Source of the DNA: Eledone cirrhosa | Taxonomy: Eukaryota | Assembly (NCBI GenBank): GCA_964016885.1 | Contig: OZ024746.1 | Location: forward strand, 101,804,001 to 101,868,000 | Direction of reading: 5' to 3' | DNA: 64,000 nucleotides | In this document: positions 15,801 through 29,601 of the stretch, one piece after another | Layout of the letters: each line of letters starts with the position of its first letter | Numbering within the stretch: the stretch's first letter is position 1 | The notes under the pieces: generated by a model | Told to the model about the DNA's origin: nothing | What the model saw: only the letters and a program-made list of their open reading frames with translations | Databases searched by the model: none | Program-made: the position numbers and the translations under genes

Positions 15801-18800
15801 ATTTTATTACCACCAACCTTCTATATTTTATTACCACCAACCCTCTATATTTTATTACCACTAATCCTCTATATTTTATTACCACTAACCTTCTATATTT
15901 TATTACCACCAACTCTCTATATTTTATTACCACCAACACTGTATACTTATTAACACTAACCCTTTATATTTTATTATCACCAACCCTCTATATTTTGTTA
16001 CCACTAACCCCCTATATTTTATTACCACTAACTCTCTATATTTTATTACCACCATCCTTCTATATTTTATTACCACCAACCTTCTATATTTTATTACCAC
16101 TAACCCTCTATATTTTATTATCTCTAACCTTCTATATTTTATTACCACCAACCTTCTATATTTTATTATCACCAACCCTTTGTATTTTATTACCACTAAC
16201 CCTCTATATTTTATTACCACTAACCTTCTATATTTTATTACCACCAACCCTCTATATTTTACTACCACCAACCTTCTATATTTTATTACCACCAACCTTC
16301 TATATTTTATTACCACCAACCCTCTATATTTTATTACCACCAACACTGTATACTTATTAACACTAACCCTTTATATTTTATTATCACCAACCCTCTATAT
16401 TTTGTTACCACTAACCCCCCTATATTTTATTACCACTAACTCTCTATATTTTATTACCACCAACCTTCTATATTTTATTACCACCAACCCTCTATATTTT
16501 ATTACCACCAACCCTCTATATTTTATTACCACTAACCTTCTATATTTTACTACCACCGACCTTCAATATTTTATTTCCACCAACCCTTTATATTTTATTA
16601 CCACCATCCTTCTATATTTTATTACCACTAACCCTCTATATTTTATTACCACTAACCTTCTATATTTTATTACCACCAACCTTCTTTTTTTTATTACCAC
16701 CAACCCTCTATATTTTATTACAACTAACCCTCTATATTTTATTATCCCTAACCTCCTATATTTTATTACCACCAACCTTCTATATTTTATTATCACCAAC
16801 CCTTTGTATTTTATTACCACCAACCTTCTATATTTTATTACCCCTAACCCTCTATATTTTATTACCACTAACCTTCTATATTATATTACCACTAACCCCC
16901 TATATTTTATTACCACTAACCTTCTATATTTTATTACCACTAACCTTCTATATTTTATTACCACTAACCTTCTATATTTTACCACCACTAACCTTCTATA
17001 TTTTATTACCCCTAACCCTCTATATTGTATTACCACTAACCTTCTATATTATATTACCACTAACCCTCTGTATTTTATTACCACCAACCTTCTATATTTT
17101 ATTACCACCAACCTTCTATATTTTATTACCACTAACCCTCTATATTTTATTACCACCAACCTTCTATATTTTATTACCCCTAACCCTCTATATTTTATTA
17201 CCACTAACCTTTTATATTTTATTACCACTAACCCTCTATATTATATTACCACTAACCCTCTATATTTTATTACCACCAACCCTCTATATTTTATTACCAC
17301 CAATCTTCTATATTTTATTACCACTAACCCTCTATATTTTATTACCCCTAACCTTCTATATTTTACTACCACCAACCTTCTATATTTTATTACCACTAAC
17401 CCTCTATATTTTATTACTACCACCCCTCTATATTTTATTACCACCAAACTTCTATATTTTATTACCACTAACCCTCTATATTTTATTACCACTAACCCTC
17501 TATATTTTATTACCACCAACCCTCTATATTTTATTAGCACCTACCCTCTATTTTATATTACCACCAACCCTCTATATTTTATTACCACTAACCCTCTATA
17601 TTTTATTACCACTAACTCTATATTTTATTACCACTAATCCTCTATATTTTATTACCACTAACCTTCTATATTTTATTACCACCAACCCTCTATATTTTAT
17701 TACCACCAACACTGTATACTTATTAACACTAACCCTTTATATTGTATTACCACCAACCCTCTATATTTTATTACCACTAACCCTCTATATTTTATTACCA
17801 CTAACCCTCTATATTTTATTACCACCAACCTTCTATATTTTACTACCACCAACCTTCTATATTTTATTACCACCAACCTTCTATATTTTATTACCACCAA
17901 CCTTCTATATTTTACTACCACCAACCTTCTATATTTTATTACCACCAACCTTCTATATTTTATTACCACCAACCTTCTATATTTTACTACCACCAACCTT
18001 ATATATTTTATTACCACCAACCTTCTATATTTTACTACCACCAACCTTCTATATTTTATTACCACCAACCTTCTATATTTTATTACCACCAACCTTCTAT
18101 ATTTTATTACCACCAACCTTCTATATTTTATTACCACCACCCCTCTTTATTTTATTACCACCAACACTGTGTACTTATTACCACCAACCTTCTATATTGT
18201 ATTACCACCAACCCTCTATATTTTATTACCACTAACCCTCTATATTTTATTATCACCAACCCTCTATATTTTATTACCACTAACCCTCTATATTGTATTA
18301 CCACCAACCCTCTATATTTTATTACCACTAACCTTCTATATTTTATTACCACCAAACTTCTATATTGTATTACCACCAACCCTCTATATTTTATTACCAC
18401 TAACCTTCTATATTTTACTACCACCAACCTTCAATATTTTATTACCACAAACCCTCTATATTTTATTACCACTAACCCCCTATATTTTATTACCACAAAC
18501 CCTCTATATTTTATTACCACTAACCCCCTATATTTTATTACCACTAACCCCCTATATTTTATTACCACTAACCTTCTATATTTTATTACCACTAACCTTC
18601 TATATTATATTATTACTAACCCTCTATATTTTATTACCACTAACCTTCTATATTTTATTACCACCACCCCTCTATATTTTATTACCACTAACCTTCTATC
18701 TTTTATTACCACCAACCCTCTGCATTTTATTACCACTAACCCTCTATATTTTATTACCACCAACCTTCTATATTTTATTACCACCAACCTTCTATATTTT

Positions 18801-18980
18801 ATTACCACTAACCTTCTATATTTTATTACCACCAACCTTCTATATTTTATTACCACTAACATTCTATATTTTATTACCACCAACCTTCTATATTATATTA
18901 CCACTAACATTCTATATTTTCTTACCACCAACCCTCTATATTTTATTACCACCAACCTTCTATATTTTATTACCACCAAC
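6860..18980. repeat. 24-bp satellite array (consensus TATTTTATTACCACYAACCYTCTA), about 12 kb
   Basis: Continuous tandem repeat. The ORF translations repeat every 8 aa (YFITTNPL), confirming the 24-bp period. Confidence 0.97.
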
Positions 18981-19642
18981 AAATTTACTTTTCACCCTAG
19001 TAATGTGCCTCTTATACTCACATGATGGTGTTTAGGGGAACATTGCACAGTTAGTAATCTGTTACTATGAAATATAAAAACTTTGCTAATGGAGATGAAT
19101 GGAAGTATCTAGTTCAGATATTGGATGTATAAATTATTATTTGAATATAAATGACAGCATAGTGAAAATTAAAGCATTTTTGTGTTTTAGAAAATGTAAC
19201 TAAATAATATTTCAAACACTTAAAAATATTAAGATAATTTTGATGTCTCTCGGGTCATAAATTCTATTCATTAGACTTTCTAGCTCGCTAGATCGTTAAT
19301 CTCAACATTTGTGGACGAGTCTTCAAGTTGACTATTAACCAAAATAGATTCTTCTTCTGGAAGTAGAAATTTTATCTTATATTGAAAGTGGGTTGTTAGC
19401 GATTGTGCAGTCTTTTACAGTGAGATTAAATATTAACGTTTTACCATAATTGGAGGTGTCGCGAAAAGATTGAATTCCTAAAAATCTTGTTGATTATAAA
19501 ATAACATTTGGGAAATGTACAGGTGTGATTCAAACATTTTAAATTCAGTACTGCAAGCTAGGGAATCATTCCTTGCAGCAGTAAACTCTGCTACCACATG
19601 TAATGTAAGATTAGAATCGCTAGCAACCAGAGGGTCACACTT

Positions 19643-19760
19643 AGTTAACCCTTGTGATGCGATGTGCAGCAATTAACCCTTATGATGGAAAGTGCGGCAA
19701 TTGTTAACCCTTATAATGAGATGTGCGGCAATTGTTAACCCTTATGAGGGGATGTGCGGC
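19643..19760. repeat. About 31-bp tandem repeat, 4 copies
   Basis: GTTAACCCTTATGATGRGATGTGCGGCAATT repeated. Confidence 0.75.
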
Positions 19761-20008
19761 CGATTGTCACACTTATTGGTGAATTGCCCGCCCCCTTTTT
19801 TTCTTCTTTTTTAATTTTTTTATTTCTTTTTTATGGGTTTATATTTCTATATATTATGTTTGTGTTTTCGCTCTGTAAGCATGATATTATTATATTATAT
19901 TATTATATTAGAATGCTATATTACATATATAAACACATAAATAAGGTGTTACATTCTCCAGTTAGGTTTGCAGTTATAAACAAAAACTAACCAAGTATGA
20001 ATTTTCAG

Positions 20009-20045
20009 ATAATTCGGCACAAGAAAGCTGGCGCCAGAAGAAGAT
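20009..20045 (+). other. Candidate 37-bp internal micro-exon
   Basis: Branch-like CTAAC (19986-19990 region), acceptor TTTTCAG, donor GTAAGT. An open frame reads (D)NSAQESWRQKK. Confidence 0.4.
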
Positions 20046-20176
20046 GTAAGTCGTTCGGCTGATAATACGATACCTTATAAACTCAGTGGCCACACCTTAT
20101 GTATTATTTAGAGGATATTTTATCATTTTAATTTATATACAAGTGGACATTCTACTTTTTATAACATTTTCTTATT

Positions 20177-20350
20177 TACCATATTTCCCGGCGCCGAAGA
20201 CGCTTCGTCCTCGAGGACGCACCCTAATTTTGACAACAAAAATTTGAAAAAAAAATAATAAACAACCTTCGACCTCCAGGACGCATGGTAGATTTTTTGA
20301 GACTTATTTTAGGAAAAAAAGTAACATCTTCGACGCCGGGAAATACGGTG
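20177..20350. mobile_element. Tc1/mariner-type MITE
   Basis: About 25-bp TIRs TACCATATTTCCCGGCGCCGAAGA / TCTTCGACGCCGGGAAATACGGTG. Confidence 0.7.
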
Positions 20351-20813
20351 TTTTTTTAAACATCAATTGTTTCAAATGTTAAAAATTTCCATTGTCTTGA
20401 TTTCGTTCTATAGTTAAGCGGAATAGTTGATCGCATTTTGTGATCAGCAAGATTTCAGTTATGGAGTTTTATGTTTGAGTTGCATAATATAAGCTAAAGT
20501 TTATATAGAGTCTAAACAATATATTCTCGTGAAGTCACATCAATAATGCAGTGAAGATGAAAAGAAATACATGTTAAAACAAGTGTCACTACTGTCTCAT
20601 GTCTGATTACCACATAAAAGATATTTAGAATATAGATATAAAATTGTTGAGGAATATAATATTCGTTCATGACAATGGAACTGTATTTTATAACAATTTG
20701 TTTTTCTGGTGTCACGTCAAAGAATATGTGTTTATAAGACATACTTTGGACTGGTTTATGATGCGACTATTACCTATAGCACTTCAGACGGTGGTTTGTG
20801 AAAACCTCTAGAA

Positions 20814-21101
20814 CAGGCATGAGAAACCTTTTTCAAGAATCAGACGCATGAGATATGGCTCATCATCAGGCGGGCCACAAGCGCTAATTTACATTCGTGC
20901 CCACATAAAAAAGGGGCGATAACTCAGGTTGTTTTGATTTGTTTCTTCAGAATTCGTACACGTTGTTTTCCTCGATTGTAAAAATGATAGAAAGATAAAT
21001 TACGACTGAAAAATTGGGGTAAAAAAATCAGAAAGATTTCACTTAGGTGACTTAGGCGAGCCATTCAGAAAGATTCGCGGGCCGCAGGTTGCCCATCACT
21101 G
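20814..21101. mobile_element. hAT-type MITE
   Basis: Ends CAGGCATGAGAAACCT / AGGTTGCCCATCACTG; 8-bp TSD CTCTAGAA / CTCTAGAG; subterminal GCGGGCC motifs. Confidence 0.75.
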
Positions 21102-21833
21102 CTCTAGAGAGACCAACGGGATATCTTTGGGGTATTACCTACAACACTTCAGACGGTGGTTTGTGAAAACCTCTCAAGAGACCAACAGGATATCATTAGG
21201 GTATTCGTTTTTAACGTTCTGAATTCATCTTTCAAAATCTCCCCAGAATCACACTCCACTTTCTTAAACAAGTCACATTAGATCCCGTAGCGCAAAATAC
21301 CCTTAAAAAGACGGGATAGTCACGGTTAAAATGTCGATGATCATAACCTGTGTCTAGTGGTGTTAAAGTATTGAATTTTTCAATACCTGTATTGATACCG
21401 ACTATTTTATTGATATCAGTATATTCTACATATATTGCTAATATAATGTCAAAAAAAAGTTTTATTTAATTAATGCTTAGAAAGTTACAAGCATATACAT
21501 ATAAAATATAGCAATTACCTGGCATACATTGACTAATTACAAAATACGAGTTTTTGTTTTTGACAATTAAACATTTTTAAAATCCACAGACAAATAACCT
21601 TTTAAATAAAAAGAAATGTTTTATTTTTTTTAATTTAACAAAAATATGAACATATTTAATGAAAAATGCATACAATGTTTTTTGAAAAATATATTTAAGA
21701 AAATAGAGGCTATTCAATGAATTTTCTGAATGATTTAATCTATTTTAATTTTGTTAAAGTATAAATCTAGATGTCAAAAGATTTTCTTTTCACTCTACAT
21801 TTTATGTGTAATTGAAAGTAAGATATTGTAGAG

Positions 21834-22032
21834 CAGGCATGTCAAAGATGCGGCCCTTTACAAGCACACCTGCGGCCCTTTACAGGCACACCTGCGGCCC
21901 GCACAAAGATTTTTACAGCGCGAGTGTAATATAGAATAAAAAATATTAGTTGTAATGTGGGCAATTAGTTGTCATGTGTGGCCCTCGGACAACACATATG
22001 TGACCCATGTGGCCCTCAGTTTGACATGCTTG
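21834..22032. mobile_element. hAT-type MITE
   Basis: TIRs CAGGCATGTCAAA / TTTGACATGCTTG; perfect 8-bp TSD TTGTAGAG; GCGGCCC subterminal repeats. Confidence 0.85.
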
Positions 22033-23268
22033 TTGTAGAGTGTATCTAAGTTTTCTAATCTATTTGATTATCCCTCAAATCTCTTGAATTCTTTCTAACC
22101 ATCGAAAGAGGCAGAAGGTTCATTTACAATCTCTCGTGCCTCTGTTTCTTCAAGCAGTAGATCACCACTGGACCTTTATAGCAACCAAGAGCAGATGTTT
22201 CTTCATTAATAGTTTGAATTTCATGCTCAATTAATTCTCCACCGAGGGAAAAACACACAAAAAAGATTTTTTTATGTATTTTTAGAAGGAAAGGAAAACA
22301 ATTCAGCATCGTAGCTTTTGAAAATTCTTGGATCATGAAGATATTTAAATAACCTAAAAACCTCCATTTGTCTACCTGAAGAAGAGTAATTACTCGAACT
22401 TTCTTTTAGCGACATTGCTAAATGAGTATTTTTATCTGAGGGTTTCTTAATGCTAAACTTGAAAGCGATTTCAACGGGCAAAGGAACGATGTTACTATCT
22501 TTCAAAATACCCCATTCTTTTGTACTCTCTCTGTGGGCCGAATTACTTTTAATTCATAATTTGAATTTAAAACAAAATCTTTCTATCATAATTAAGAGAC
22601 TGTTTCATCTTTTTTGCAGTGCAAGATAGGTTTAACTTCGCTACCATAAAATGGTTCTTGAACAAAATCTTGAACTTTCTCATGATTCAAAAGAGAGTTT
22701 CTAACAACAAAGGATTTGTAATGAAGAGGTGATATAATTACATATTCCGAAAGTGACTGTTGCCAGATATTTGCAAAGGAACTTTTATATTATTTATTTG
22801 AGTCGTCACTGTTTTCAGTTTCACTTAAAACTTCATTGGATGAGCGATAACTTTTTCGGCAATTTCCTTTTTTTCATCTATTTATTCTTCAACGATGTTC
22901 TTCTCATGATGTTCACGGAGATCTTTTTGTTGTTGTTTTACAAAACTTAAGAAATATCGAAATAGACTGCACGAGTCAGTTTGGAGCTGCAAAAGCTGCT
23001 TACCCTCGAACACCTACTGACAGTTCCTGGTTGTATTCAACTTACAAGCGACGACTAAGTAAGAGGTGTCTTCAAATACAAGGCTGAATTTATGTACTAA
23101 ATTTCGTAACTCTTGATTAAATATAAATAATTTTATTTCTTATTTAAAACTGACTTGTTTTAAAAGTTTCAAATTTCTACACTTTCGTTATATCACCGTC
23201 TCCACCACCACCACTCCAACTACCAAATATATAGACGTCAGCGTGTTGAAAAAATCCTAATCTCTTCA

Positions 23269-23389
<121 letters not shown>

Positions 23390-23420
23390 CAATAATCAAA
23401 GTTCAGTTTAAATCATTTAT

Positions 23421-23469
23421 TTGCTTACAATTGTTTCCTCCAAACCGAGGTTTGGATTCTTCGGAGCAA
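23421..23469 (-). ncRNA. Type I hammerhead, C4 core variant
   Basis: Minus strand: TTGCT-CCGAAGA-ATCCAAACCTCGGTTTGGAG-GAAA-CAATTG-TA-AGCAA. Confidence 0.65.
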
Positions 23470-23948
23470 CTATTTAGTGATCTATAACATACTTGACCTC
23501 CTTTTCAACACAAGAGACATATAAAAACATATGCACATATTGACCCACAGTGGGATGACATCCATCAAAATGATATAGCATGGCAATTTACATATATAGG
23601 TTAAAGGATAAAAATAAAATTAAAATAAAAATAAAAATTGCTTTATCTTCATAAACTGACAATGCTTCATTTTTATTTTTATTTTTATTTTTATTTTTAT
23701 TTTTAATTTTAATTTTATTTTTATTTTTATTTTTATTTTTATTTTTATTTTTATTTTTATTTTTATTTTTATTTTTATTTTTATTTTTATTTTTATTTTT
23801 ATTTTTATTTTTATTTTTATTTTTATATGTAAATTGCCATGCTATATCATTTTGATGGATGTCATCCCACTGTGGGTCAATATGTGCATATGTTTTTATG
23901 TCTCTTGTGTTGAAAAGGAGGTCAAGTATGTTATAGATCACTAAATAG

Positions 23949-23996
23949 TTGCCCGAAGAATCCAAACCTCGGTTTGGAGGAAACAATTGTAAGCAA
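23949..23996 (+). ncRNA. Type I hammerhead, C4 core variant (mirror copy)
   Basis: TTGC-CCGAAGA-ATCCAAACCTCGGTTTGGAG-GAAA-CAATTG-TA-AGCAA. Confidence 0.6.
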
Positions 23997-24199
23997 ATAA
24001 ATGATTTAAACTGAACTTTGATTATTGTAATCTCTATATAACTGCTCTGTAAAACAACCGATGTTATTACATCGAGCTATTTATCTTACTGGTAATAAGA
24101 TAGTAATTAATGACTATCTTTCACTATTTAGGGTTTGTATAAAAAATATATAACCATAAACGGTTTTATTACATACATAACCATAAATAGTATCCTTAA

Positions 24200-24330
<131 letters not shown>

Positions 24331-24600
24331 TACATAGAGAGAGAGAGAGTGAGAGAAAGATGAAGAGATTAGGATTTTTTCAACACGCTGACGTATGTGT
24401 GTGTGTGTGCGTGTGTGTATATACATATACATACATCTATATGTATGAGTATATAACTATAATCGCGCAAACACAGACAAACTTACAAAAATACATTCAC
24501 ACATATACATTTACACAAACACAGACATACACTCATACAGTCATGATAGCAGCGTTCGAGAGTACAACTTTTTATTTATTTATTAACAACACAGTTTAGC

Positions 24601-25275
24601 TTTTTTTTTTTAAACTCATTTGTATAAAAATTTAATATAACGGTTACAGAACGAAAACACAAACAAATATAATATATACAAAGGAAAGGGAAAGAAAAAA
24701 AGAAAGATAAAAAATACACAAGCACGTAATACCCACATATTAGACCCCATAGAACAAAATGCAGACTAAAGGAGTGGAAAAACGAGCCGCTACCAGAGCA
24801 AAAAATAGCAATATAGTGAGGAGCACTGGGAAACCTCTCTAATTTCAGACAGGCCAACACCTGGGGTGATGGCGAGGCTGAGGTGCTGGAACCACCAAGT
24901 GCCCTCACAAACATTACCAGTTACCTCTGTTTGGCGAGCCGCCAGTGAAGATAAGAACCTCGCTGTCAGTAGCCCGACTCCCCCAAAACGTCTCGAACGC
25001 CACAGGCTGGATAATGTAGTTAGCTGACAGAACACAGTATTTTAGGATTTTGTTCCGTTCAGCTGCGGATGCTGTAGCTCTCGTCCTTACCTCTGCATCC
25101 AGATTGTGGGAAGAAGCAAAAGAGTCACTAACTGTGACGTCCCAGGTAAGGCACCTGCCTCTTAACCAGGAGCACAGAGTAAGACTGTCAAGTCTTTTCC
25201 CATCAATTCTGGACAACCCAGACGGTTCCAAAATTGAGGAGATGTTTGCCCGGGCCAAAGCTCTTGAGTGATAAT
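24601..25275 (-). mobile_element. 5'-truncated CRE-like non-LTR retrotransposon (restriction-like endonuclease region)
   Basis: EPSGLSRIDGKRLDSLTLCSWLRGRCLTWDVTVSD resembles the CRE RLE motif (DGKRPDG..WDxT). A frameshifted continuation reads YIIQPVAFETF. Poly(A) tail appears as T-run 24601-24611. Confidence 0.75.
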
Positions 25276-25469
25276 AGAACAGTGTGTGTATGTGCACGCG
25301 CGTGAGTTTGTCGGCGTTCTTAAATTAGAGACACGTGTGTGTGTGTGTCACTGTTTATAAGTTAGAGACATATATGTGTGTATCCCTTTCCTTCCTTTTA
25401 CACACACATGCATTGACACAAACACACATACACATTGCGTGATGGACGGGTGGACAGGTGGACAGAAGT

Positions 25470-26100
25470 CCCTCAAATTTATATACATGTGAATGGAGTT
25501 CTACTGAAGCAGTTAAAGAGGTTCAAGTATCTCGGGGTCGTGTTCACGAGTGATGGAATGCTGGAGACTGAATTAAGTGCAAGAATTGCAAAAGCTGATG
25601 CAGTAAAGCGCCAGCCTCAGTATTCAGCAATCAGAAGAATGGAGGTAAGTTTAAAGGACAAACTCGCTGTCTTCCTGATATTCCTGTCAATCCTTACTGA
25701 GGATCATGAATCTTGAGTAATGACCAAAAGAATACAATTGCATATAACAGTGGCATAAATGGGATTCCTCGATAAAGTGCATAGCTCAGAAACCAGAGAG
25801 TCACTCCTGGTAGAGCCGCTACTTCTCCGAATTGAGAGATCACAACTCCGATATTAAGATCATGTGGTTAGAATGTCAGTAAAGAATCGCTGGACACATT
25901 TTACTGGCAAAACCAACCGTCAAGAGACCCAGAGGTAGACCCTGAGCAAGATAGTTGGATAACATCCATGAGCTTAGTTGGTCACGCTTTGGGATCCAGC
26001 TGGATCAGTTAGAGATGTTTGCTACTGACAGACTCGCTGGAAGGAGTGTTTGAGAAGGACTCCCACTACCCTTTCAGAAATAAGTGGGCGAAGAAGAAGA
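25470..26100 (+). mobile_element. Decayed RTE-clade LINE 3' fragment
   Basis: VNGVLLKQLKRFKYLGVVFTSDG..ELSARIAKA; downstream RPRGRP-like codons; (GAA)n tail at about 26090-26100. Confidence 0.75.
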
Positions 26101-26439
26101 TATTGTCAATTTACTTTTCAATTTACATATATCTATATGCATATATATTTGCTTATAATACCAATATGCGCACTACATATACTAGCAGAAAACCGCTCGA
26201 AGGGCGGTTTTTCTGAGAGTGGTTGTAAACACCAAACAGAGAGATATTATGTCAACTCTATGGTTGTAAACACCAAACAGAGAGATATTAAAGCAAATAC
26301 ATTCGATAGGTTCGGGTAACACAAGCGGGATGTGGCAACAAACCCACAATTAGATCTTTGACGGACCGGGCGTTGCGCACAAGCGGATGGGCGGATTTTC
26401 AGCAATGCTTTATTCAACAGTTCCAGATGAGTGGACTTT

Positions 26440-26800
26440 AGTTCCTACCTCAGCATTTAGCCGCAGTTAGAGCAGCTGAAATAGAGATAGCGGTAAATAG
26501 TTATACTAGGGACAAATCACCTCAATTCTACAGTTTGATCTATGAGTTTTACGTACCTATGCCAGACTTGTTAAATAGCCCGATTAAGTTTCTTAGGGTC
26601 TGATTGGGTCCAGAACTTAAGTGAATAAGAACTAGAACGAGATTACGCGCTGGCTAGCCAATCTCACCAAGTAATGTGCTGAGAGATACTTATATCTCTG
26701 AAAGGTCCGGCAGAAGTCAGCGAAGATCGAGCTAAGACCTATGGATAATTTCCAGAAATCTCTACTGGGGGACATTGTTACTTCGGGCCTGGTTTGTGTA
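26440..26800 (+). mobile_element. Highly decayed L1/Tx1-like RT remnant
   Basis: The frame at about 26507 reads RDKSPQFYSLIYEFYVPMPDL, resembling KSPGxDGLPxEFY. Confidence 0.35.
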
Positions 26801-27186
26801 GGTCCATGAAACCGTTCTGAACATCTTTGTTCAGTGTCCGATCAGTGGAGTTTAGTCTTGTAACATGTAGGACTTGTCAACATGTAGGACGTGTAACATG
26901 TAGGATTTGTAACATGTGGAACTGATCCGACGACGAAATCCATCGTGAAGATTACATAACAGTACAAGTTTTATCGTTAACGTCAGCTTAACTCTGGTCA
27001 AATAGAGAAATTATGAAAGACGTAACAACAGGGCTGAACCTATCTTGTCTTGTATTTAGCACTATTTCATTCAATATTCCCTTCCTTTTTTATGGTACAT
27101 AAGGTGTCATCTAGCTGCTATTTCTAACAGATCGTGCAACACTTTCTTGTTTCGTATAGGCACTTCTAGAGACCTCACAAATGAGT

Positions 27187-27769
27187 GTGAGATGGTAGTA
27201 TGAACCCTGCTATCGTTGAGGGTTTTAGGTGACCTTGTCGTGAGGTAATAGTATGTACCATGCTATCGCTGAGGGCTTTAGGTGACCATGTCGTGAGGTA
27301 GTAGTATGTACCCTGCTATCACTGAAGGTTTTAGGTGACCTTGTCGTGAGGTAGTAGTATGTACCCTGCTATCGCTGAGGGCTTTAGGCGACCATGTCGT
27401 GAGGTAGTAGTATGTACCCTGCTATCTGAGGGCTTTATGTGACCATGTCGTGAGGTAGTAGTATGTACCCTGCTATCGCTGAAGGCTTTAGGTGACCATG
27501 TAGTGAGGTAGTAGTATGTACCCTGCTATCGTTGAGGGTTTTAGGTGACCTTGTCGTGAGGTAGTAGTATGTACCCTGCTATCGCTGAGGGCTTTAGGTG
27601 ACCATGTCGTGAGGTGGTAGAATGTACCCTGCTATCGCTGAGGGCTTTAGGCGACCATGTCGTGAGGTGGTAGTATGTACCCTGCTATCGTTGAGGGCTT
27701 TAGGTGACCATGTCGTGAGGTAGTAGTATGTACCCTGCTATCGCTGAGGGCTTTAGGTGACCATGTCGT
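27187..27769. repeat. 53-bp minisatellite, about 11 copies
   Basis: GTGAGGTAGTAGTATGTACCCTGCTATCGCTGAGGGCTTTAGGTGACCATGTC repeated with period 53. Confidence 0.92.
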
Positions 27770-27864
27770 CACAAACAGACACAGACACCCTCTCAACCCA
27801 CCCTTGATTCTGAGGAATATCCAGGACGTGACAGTTGGAAAGAAATGGGACTGCACCAGCACTT

Positions 27865-27985
27865 CACTGCTACTTTATCTTTCGACCCTGAAACAATTAA
27901 ACGTAAAGTGAACTTCGGCAAAATTAGAACTCGGAATGCAGAGATCCGAAACAAATATCGAATGCTCTAAAGATTCGGCCACATC
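27865..27985 (-). mobile_element. Old diverged tRNA-derived SINE
   Basis: TTCGACCCTGAAAC..AAAGTGAACTTCGGC..AGAACTCGGAA aligns by eye with the SINE at 45722. Confidence 0.5.
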
Positions 27986-29259
27986 TCCCTGTCTTGGAGG
28001 TTAATTAAATCATCCCAAACCTACCCTAAAATATATCTCCTCGTGTATAATCATCATCATCGACTATATCTCTGTAGATATTCACACAAATTTTCAAGAT
28101 GATCAAATACTCAGATGGGAATGCTGGTAACTTGCTAGTCTTTTTCAGCTATCAAGTGTTGAACACGCTTTTATGATTCTATAGGAGGATTGACGTCATA
28201 TTTTCCGCATTTATCTCACTTCTACAATAAGTTGTTAGGTATTGCAACATTTCTCACAAGAAATAATATCACATTTGTTATGTCTACATTATTAACTTAC
28301 CACAAATATAGAAAACCTCCTTTTTTTAAATAGATATTTGAAACCTATTGTTTGGGATTGTTAAGTGTATTTAACTTAATCTATAGGTTTATTCTGTAGT
28401 ATATAATAACGGTCATGGGGCCATGTCTTACAAATGTTCAATGTGAACATATTCCGTATGAGTCTCACCAAACTGGAAAGGACTGGGTTTCCTTCATCAC
28501 TAAACAATCAAAAATAAAATTTGACTACGATACGAGACAATAAGAGTTCCATGCTGTTGCTTGTATATCTGTCTTTAAAATGTCTTTGTAATCGATAGAT
28601 TGTATAACTATCATAGAGAATATATTTCAATTCCCACGTTCTGAAATAAAAACCATTTCAAGGTTTATATATTTTTGATAATTCCTCCATTTATTAATCT
28701 AATTATCTATGCTCTTATTTATTAATTTAATTATCTTCTTATTTATCTAATTACAGTAACTTTTGCTTCTGAGATTGAAATTCCAGAGAAGAAACCTTAA
28801 TTTTGTTTTTTTTTAAGAATTAGGAATGCCAGCGGTTGAATCTGTTTCTGGGAGAAGAGGACGTTGGTAGAGAAGAGGGAGAATAAGATTCCAACATTTT
28901 ATTCTAGACAACAAAGAACATATGGCCACTCTAAAGCAGTCTCTTTTCAACAAGACAAGCTCTCTGTTTTTATATCGTATCTCACTAATCCCTAATGTAC
29001 ACCTAACTATACATAAACATGTGTCTATACCAGATAGCTTTCTCATATTCCTTTTGTATATACATATGTGTATGTATATCAAATATGTCACTTTCTGTCT
29101 GTCAGCCTGTCTGTATCCATGTATGCCTGTCTACCTATCTGTCTGTCTGTCAACCAGTCTGTCTGTCAGTCTGTATGTATGTATGTCAGCCTGACTGTAC
29201 CGATTGTGTTGTTATTTCTGTTTACCTTTTACACACACACACACACATATATATATATA

Positions 29260-29359
<100 letters not shown>

Positions 29360-29402
29360 TTATAACATGTGGAGAAGGAACACACGAGATGAAATATATA
29401 TA

Positions 29403-29565
29403 TATGTAAATAGGGAGAAAAAAACAATTGTTAGGAAGAAAAATTTTTTTTTTTCCTTTATTTTTTTCTCTTTTTTCTGGGTTAGAAAATGTTTAAAACA
29501 AAATATTTAACTTTGTGTGAAGTGTTAAGGTTTTTGTTAATTTATTTATTAATTAACAATAGCAT

Positions 29566-29601
<36 letters not shown>

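Noticed and set aside
10732-17637. Long ORFs (405, 786, 485 aa)
   Set aside because: They are translations of the 24-bp satellite, which lacks stop codons in some frames.
27187-27769. Possible ribozyme or CRISPR array in the 53-bp repeat
   Set aside because: No spacers, and the CTGAGGG is not followed by a GAAA or any hammerhead fold.
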